DNA of 64,000 nucleotides. Source: Moniliella sp. 'wahieum'. Lineage: Eukaryota. The notes below the pieces were generated by a model, which saw only the letters and a list, made by a program, of their open reading frames with translations, did no database searches and was not told the DNA's origin. Shown piece by piece: positions 58,547-64,000 of this stretch (its first letter is position 1; each line of letters begins with the position of its first letter). The position numbers and the translations under genes were made by a program. Location of the stretch: assembly GCA_003971905.1 (NCBI GenBank), contig RSEE01000165.1:1-64000 (forward strand), written 5' to 3'.

Positions 58547-61380
58547 ACTTGGCATCCAATCTCGAATCTTGAAGGACTATCCTGCGACCTGCATCCCCCG
58601 TCGTCCTGTCGTCCTGTCGTCCTTGCAGATCTCGCACAGGACATCATGGTATCGGTACTTGGGTTCGTGCCACCATGTCACCGCGGTTCCAGCTATGCAC
58701 TATGGCTGGCTATACTGCTACTGCATACTGGCCCAGGCTAACTGCATCAATGCCATCCATGGTGGCGCCGCTTGCCCTCGCCAATCGATCGAATCGATCT
58801 ACGATCGACGATCTAATCTCCGTAATAGTCGAAAAGTCGTAATAGTCGCAATAGTGCCTACCACATCCACCGGTTCAGCCGTAGGGACCGTCGGGGGTGT
58901 GGTGCATGGAGAGCATCCTCGCCATCATCAGCAGCGCCTTTTCCTTTTTTCTTTTTTTCTTTTTTTCTTTTGGTCAAAGGAACTCTCCTATTGGCCCCAC
59001 CATATGTCTCTCCAGGTCACTGTATCAGTCACTATGTAGGAGGGAGATTGCTTCGGATGCCGACAGGTATTCATTCAGCTGCATGGAATGGCGCCTTATA
59101 TACCAGAGGAGAAGGAGAAGCTATCACACGGTAGACGACGCGTGATGAGGGGAAAGAGACACAAAGGGGGCAAGGAAGATCTAGAACAAGGATCATACCC
59201 ACATCCTGTGGGAATGTGTGTGTGATCCGTCACACTAGTCAGGGCTAGACAAGGGAGACGAAGGATTAAGGTCCTGTCAAGACGGGGGAAACGACAAGAT
59301 CTTCCGTGGGAGAAAACTGTCACGGGCTGCGGCGGACCGGAGATGGAAGGAATCCAGCAGAGAACAGATCATAAGGCCTAAGGCCTAAGGAAAGGGAAGA
59401 GCGAGAGACACAGGATGCAGAATTGGAAATTGGTGCGAACCTAGAGTCATTCGGTAACAGCCTCGGTCTGCCTCGCCCTTCCGTGGGCGAGCGGGAACGT
59501 CCATGTTTTTGTGCCAGCGCGGGACAAGAAGGGGGAGGGGGGGGAGGGCATAGGCTATAGGCATACCGGAATCCCAGGACCGTATAGACACGAACAAGAA
59601 CGCCCTTGGAGCAATGGGCGCGGGGAGCGCAGGCAAGCTCGTGGGTTTGTGCCCCCAGCACATCTCGGCCGAAAGGTATACCGCTGAGCTCAGGCTGAGC
59701 GCTTGCAAGGCGCCAGAGGGATTCCCTATGGATATGCGCACCCAGCATCGCCATTGTTTGCCATCGCGGGCAGGATGGGCAGGATGGGCAGGACGATGGG
59801 CGGGGCGCTTGTGCGCCATGCGAACCTGGTCAAGCGGGTGAACCTGGAGGGGGCCGGCGGCTGGGGGCCGGGGACGGAGGAGGGGACAGTGTCACCATGC
59901 CAGTCACCTGTCACCATGTCACATGGCACCTGTCAATATGTCACATATCACCTGTCAGCATATCACCTGTCAGCCATGGATCGTGACGCGTGATGGATGA
60001 TGCATGGACCTGGTGCGACACCTGTCTGGCCCTGACCCATCCAATTATCCATCCGACATCCCCCGCTCGGCTGGCCTCGGTGTCGGGGCCAACGGGGGGC
60101 AAGAGCGCGCAGCCGAGCGCGGATAGTGCAAATGTCGACAATGCGAATGGGAGCGCTAGCTCAGCGCTGCGCGGCTGAGCGCTGAATTTCTGATATGAGA
60201 TCTGGGATCGGAACGGCAGCGTTGAACGTTGAGGTTCGAGTCCAGGGTTCAGGAGGCCTGAAACGAGTAATGGCAACGAGAGGCCCAGCGGGATAGAGAT
60301 CTCGTCCAAGGGCAGCGGCTACTCGTGGCGGATCGAACCCATGGAGTATGGATAGGATGGATGATCGATGATCCGTCGAAACGAAGGCCGGCTACTCTGC
60401 TCAGCTCAGCACTGGGGAGCGTTCAGGTGAACTTCAACTTCAACGTTTTGAGGCTCCCCTCTAGTGCACTAGTCACCGTTGCTCAGTCGAGCATGGCGGG
60501 CGCGGGTGATGCACAGAGGGAGGGAGGGGAGGCAGGATGGAGGATGAATGATGGATGGTGGATGATGGATGATGCGAAAAATCGCCCGACTGTGTGTGTC
60601 TCATAGTGTCTCGCACGCCCCGCCTGGCGCCGTGCGGGGGTGTGGGGCGGGGCGAGTGTGGAGCGGCGGCCGGGGGTGGGGCGATGGATGGCCTGGCGAG
60701 GGCAGCTGGGATGGGATGGGCTGGGATGTGTGCGAGCACAGTGCGGTTGCGGACGGACCAGGCGCGGGCGCGGACATGGGGCATGGGACACACACGCGAT
60801 GCCGCGGGCCCGTGTTGCTGCTGGTGCGCAGGCAACGGCAAAGCACGCCTCCTCTGCCCGGCAGCGCGGCGGCAGACGCACTGCCCCCCACGTCCGCCGC
60901 GCATGGCGCCAGAGCACAGAGTGTACCGAGTAGGAGGAGTACTGAGTGTGCTGAGGTCACATGTGGGCACTGCGTAACCGAGTACCGAGTGCCGAGAGCG
61001 CCAAGCGCGGTGCCAGTGGAGTGTCTCCCGCGGAGATGCCGGACCCCGTGGGGACAGCCCCCACGCAGCGCCAGAGCCACGCCAGATACTCAACCCGTCG
61101 GGGTTTGTTTGGCCGCGGCCGGGTCCCAGGTCGGATTCTGGTCTGATGCACTTGGCTCATGCTTTAAAGCGCTGCCGCCGCGCTGGGCCCGCCTTTTTAC
61201 CCGTCTGTCTCTTGGTGCCCTGCTCGCCAGTACGTCTTTCCTTTGGCCCACCACCACCACCACCACCACCACCACCACCCCCTCCTTCCTCCGTCTGCAT
61301 CTGCATCTGCATCTCCATCTCCATCTCCATCTCCATCTCCATCTCCGTCTCCGTCGTCTGTGTGCGCAGCGACGACCAGC

Positions 61381-64000
61381 ATGAGCACCCCTTACCCCCC
61401 AGCCCGGGCGGCAGCACCCTCGACGACCCCCACGCCGCCGCCCATCTCGCCTCGCCAGTCTCTCATCCCGACAACCCGTCTCTCGGCGAAAAGAGCGCCG
61501 CCAAGGCCCTCTCGCCCCTGCCCAGCTCCTCCGACCCGCCCGACAAGCACGACAAGCACGACACGCCTCCCGAAGAGCACCACGTTGATGTGGAAAAGGC
61601 CAAAAAGACGTTTGCCGATGCCGAAAAACACTTCCGCTCCGTCTTCAAAAGGCCAAGCGCGACATTGAAGCCGAGCCAGACGAGCAGGATCAGTTCAACT
61701 TGCGCGACTACCTCTTGAGCCATGCCGACGACGCTGCCCAGGCCGGCTGGAAGTTCCGCAGCCTCGGCGTGTCCTGGTCCAACTTTAGTGTGCGTGGCAA
61801 CCGCAAGTCAGAACCTCAAGGTGCCCACCATCCCGCGCATGGCCGGCTTGGAACTCATCGGCCCTTTCCTCACCATCCTCAAGGCCGTCCACATCAACCC
61901 GTTCCCGGTCAAGGAACGTTTTTTGATTCAAAACTTTGATGGCTGCGCCAAGCCGGGCGAACTGGTCTTGGTCATTGGCCGTCCGGGCGCCGGATGCTCC
62001 ACGTTCCTCCAGGCCATTGCCAACAAACGCAATGCCTTCCTCGGCGTCGATGGCGAGGCCACTATGGCGGCATCAGCGCCGACGAGGTCCGCAAACACTA
62101 TGCTGGCGAAATCGTCTACTCGGAAGAAGACGATAACCACCATGCTACCCTGACCGTGGGCCAAACGTTGGACACGGCCTTGCGCCTCAAACAACCCGCC
62201 CACTCCTTCCCCGGTTACACCCAGAAAGAGTTCCGCGCCGAAGTGTTGACGACGCTGCTCAAGATGCTCAACATGGAACACACACGCAACACGCTCGTCG
62301 GCAGTGCTACCGTGCGCGGCGTGTCGGGCGGCGAGCGCAAACGTGTGTCGATCTTGGAAACGTGCTGCACCAATGGCTCAGTACTGTGCTGGGACAATGC
62401 GACGCGTGGCCTGGACGCGTCAACGGCTTTGGACTTTGCCAAGACAATGCGCGTCTTGACGGATGTACTGCAGACCACGTCGTTCTTGACGGCGTACCAG
62501 CCTCGAGGGAATCTTTGATCTCTGCGACAAGATCTTGGTTATCGAAGGCGGTCGGTGCGTGTACTATGGCCCGCGCAGCGAGGCACGCCAGTACTTTGTC
62601 GATCTTGGGTTCCTTGACCGCCCGCGGTCCACGTCGAGCGACTGGATCACCACCTGCTTCGACCCCAAGACGCGCGAGTTCCAAGAGGGCCGGTCTGAGA
62701 AGGACGTGCCGTCGACCCCGGAAGAACTGGAAGAAGCTTACCGCAGTAGCAAGGTGTACGTCAACACGATTGCCGAGCGCGATGCCTACAACGAATCTGT
62801 CGCCGACAATACCTCGAACCAAGACCAGTTCCGCGAATCCGTCCGCGAAAGTAAACAAAGTACGCCGGCCACCACACGCCTGTACAACGTGCCGTTCTGG
62901 ACACAGGTGTACGTGCTGTTCCAGCGCCAGATGAAGATCCTCCTTGGCGATCCATTCGATATCTTCATGGACTACTTTACTGCCATCTCGCTCGCTCTCT
63001 TGTCTGGTGGCCTGTTCTTCAAGCTGCCTACAACCAGCAACGGTCTCTTCTCCACCCGTGGCGGTGTCGTCTTTATCCTCCTTCTCACTCAAAGTCTTCA
63101 CACTTTTGCCCAACTCTCGTCTCAAATGCAGTCCCGCCCCGTTTTGGCTCGACAACTGACCTTCACCATGTTCCGTCCCGCTGCCTCCCCATGGCGCAGA
63201 TCATGGCCGATCTGCCTCTCGCCGTGCCGCGCGTTACCATCTTCATGATCATTCTCTACTTTATGCTGGCCTTCGTACGTCCCCCTCAACCCTACACTAC
63301 TCCCTCTTTTTTCCTGTTTTCCCGTGCCAATGCTAACCCCACACTTTTTTTGCCCGTTCCTCCCTCAGGTCTCAATGCGGGCGCGTTCTGGACCGCCTGG
63401 CTGATCATCATCCTCAGTTACTTTGTGTTCAAGACACTGTTCACCATGTTTGGCGTCATGTGCCGTGACTTTTACGGCGCTGCGCGTCTCGCCGCCGTGC
63501 TCATCTCCATCATGGTCCAATGGGCAGGTTATGTCCAGCCACTCAAGTTGCAACACGGCTACGTCAAGTGGATCACTTACCTGGATCGTGCGTTCGGTTC
63601 CCCCCCCCCCCCCCTCTCCTTCCCCCATCCCCTGTTGCTCTGATTGATCCGCAAGAGATACTGTACTGACCACGTCCATGCGGTTGCGTTTTTCTGTTTG
63701 TGTGCGTGGCTGTGGTTGCGTCGGTGTACAGCGGTGTACTACAGTTTCGAAGCGCTGTTGATCAACGAAGTGAGTTATTTAACGTTTTCCTGCGACGGCG
63801 CACAAATCGTGCCTTCGGGCCGGGGTACCATGTCGGCTTGGGCCCAACCAGGTCTGCACCCTGCCCGCTCAACGCCAGGAAGCACGGTGGTCCACGGGCA
63901 AAATTACCTCGATGTCGCCCTTGGTTTCACGCGCGGCCACTTGTGGCGCGACGTCGGTGTGCTGTTTGTGTTTTTGGTGGGCTTCTTGGTCATGACGTGC
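61381..64000 (+). CDS. PDR-type (ABCG) multidrug ABC transporter, N-terminal half, truncated by the window
   Basis: Degenerate Walker A GRPGAGCST, signature VSGGERKRVSI, Walker B CWDNATRGLDASTALDF, VYYGP..EARQYF, TMD1 (FSTRGGVVF), extracellular loop with CTL. Introns ~63275-63368 and ~63587-63730. Confidence 0.94.

Noticed and set aside
229..63679. Most long overlapping ORFs in the six-frame track
   Set aside because: Arg/Pro/Gly-rich shadow frames expected in high-GC, stop-poor DNA antisense to or overlapping real genes.
764..64000. Frameshifts in nearly every gene as mass pseudogenisation or programmed frameshifting
   Set aside because: They affect core genes (KEX2, PHB1, AAT1) that keep their catalytic or family motifs, and many fall in C/G runs. 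Long-read consensus error is the simpler explanation.
1..64000. Telomerase RNA template, rRNA, snRNA or intact tRNA genes
   Set aside because: No TAACCCTAA-type template seen away from the chromosome end. The ACTTACCTGG near 63576 lies in the ABC coding exon. No complete cloverleaf seen. Searched by eye only.

Overview
This is the left end of a fungal chromosome, most likely a basidiomycete and plausibly Ustilaginomycotina. The evidence is (TAACCC)n at position 1, GC-rich coding DNA, and short GT..CTRAC..AG introns. Almost every gene is split over several ORF-track frames, mostly at C/G runs, which looks like long-read consensus error, so CDS limits are approximate. Recognisable genes, in order: two PH-domain proteins, AP-3 delta adaptin, a PPR protein, an HSL-type alpha/beta hydrolase, kexin, prohibitin, a cullin-4-like protein, mitochondrial aspartate aminotransferase, an aldo-keto reductase, a membrane-anchored GH30, an internally deleted V-ATPase subunit a, a PWWP protein, an Mtm1-like carrier, and a PDR-type ABC transporter cut by the window end. 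A Ty1/copia RT relic and a dispersed repeat are also present. The most unusual signal is non-coding: intergenic DNA carries many 7-nt-period arrays of TCA (or TGA) plus 4 nt, where the 4 nt are very often a palindrome (13 of the 16 possible palindromes seen by eye). Other oddities are a structured ~140-bp segment between terminal and internal telomere repeats, an orphan protein with a duplicated 23-aa motif ending in LRGG, and the Vph1 copy lacking its proton-translocating core. All calls are by eye; no searches or statistics were run.
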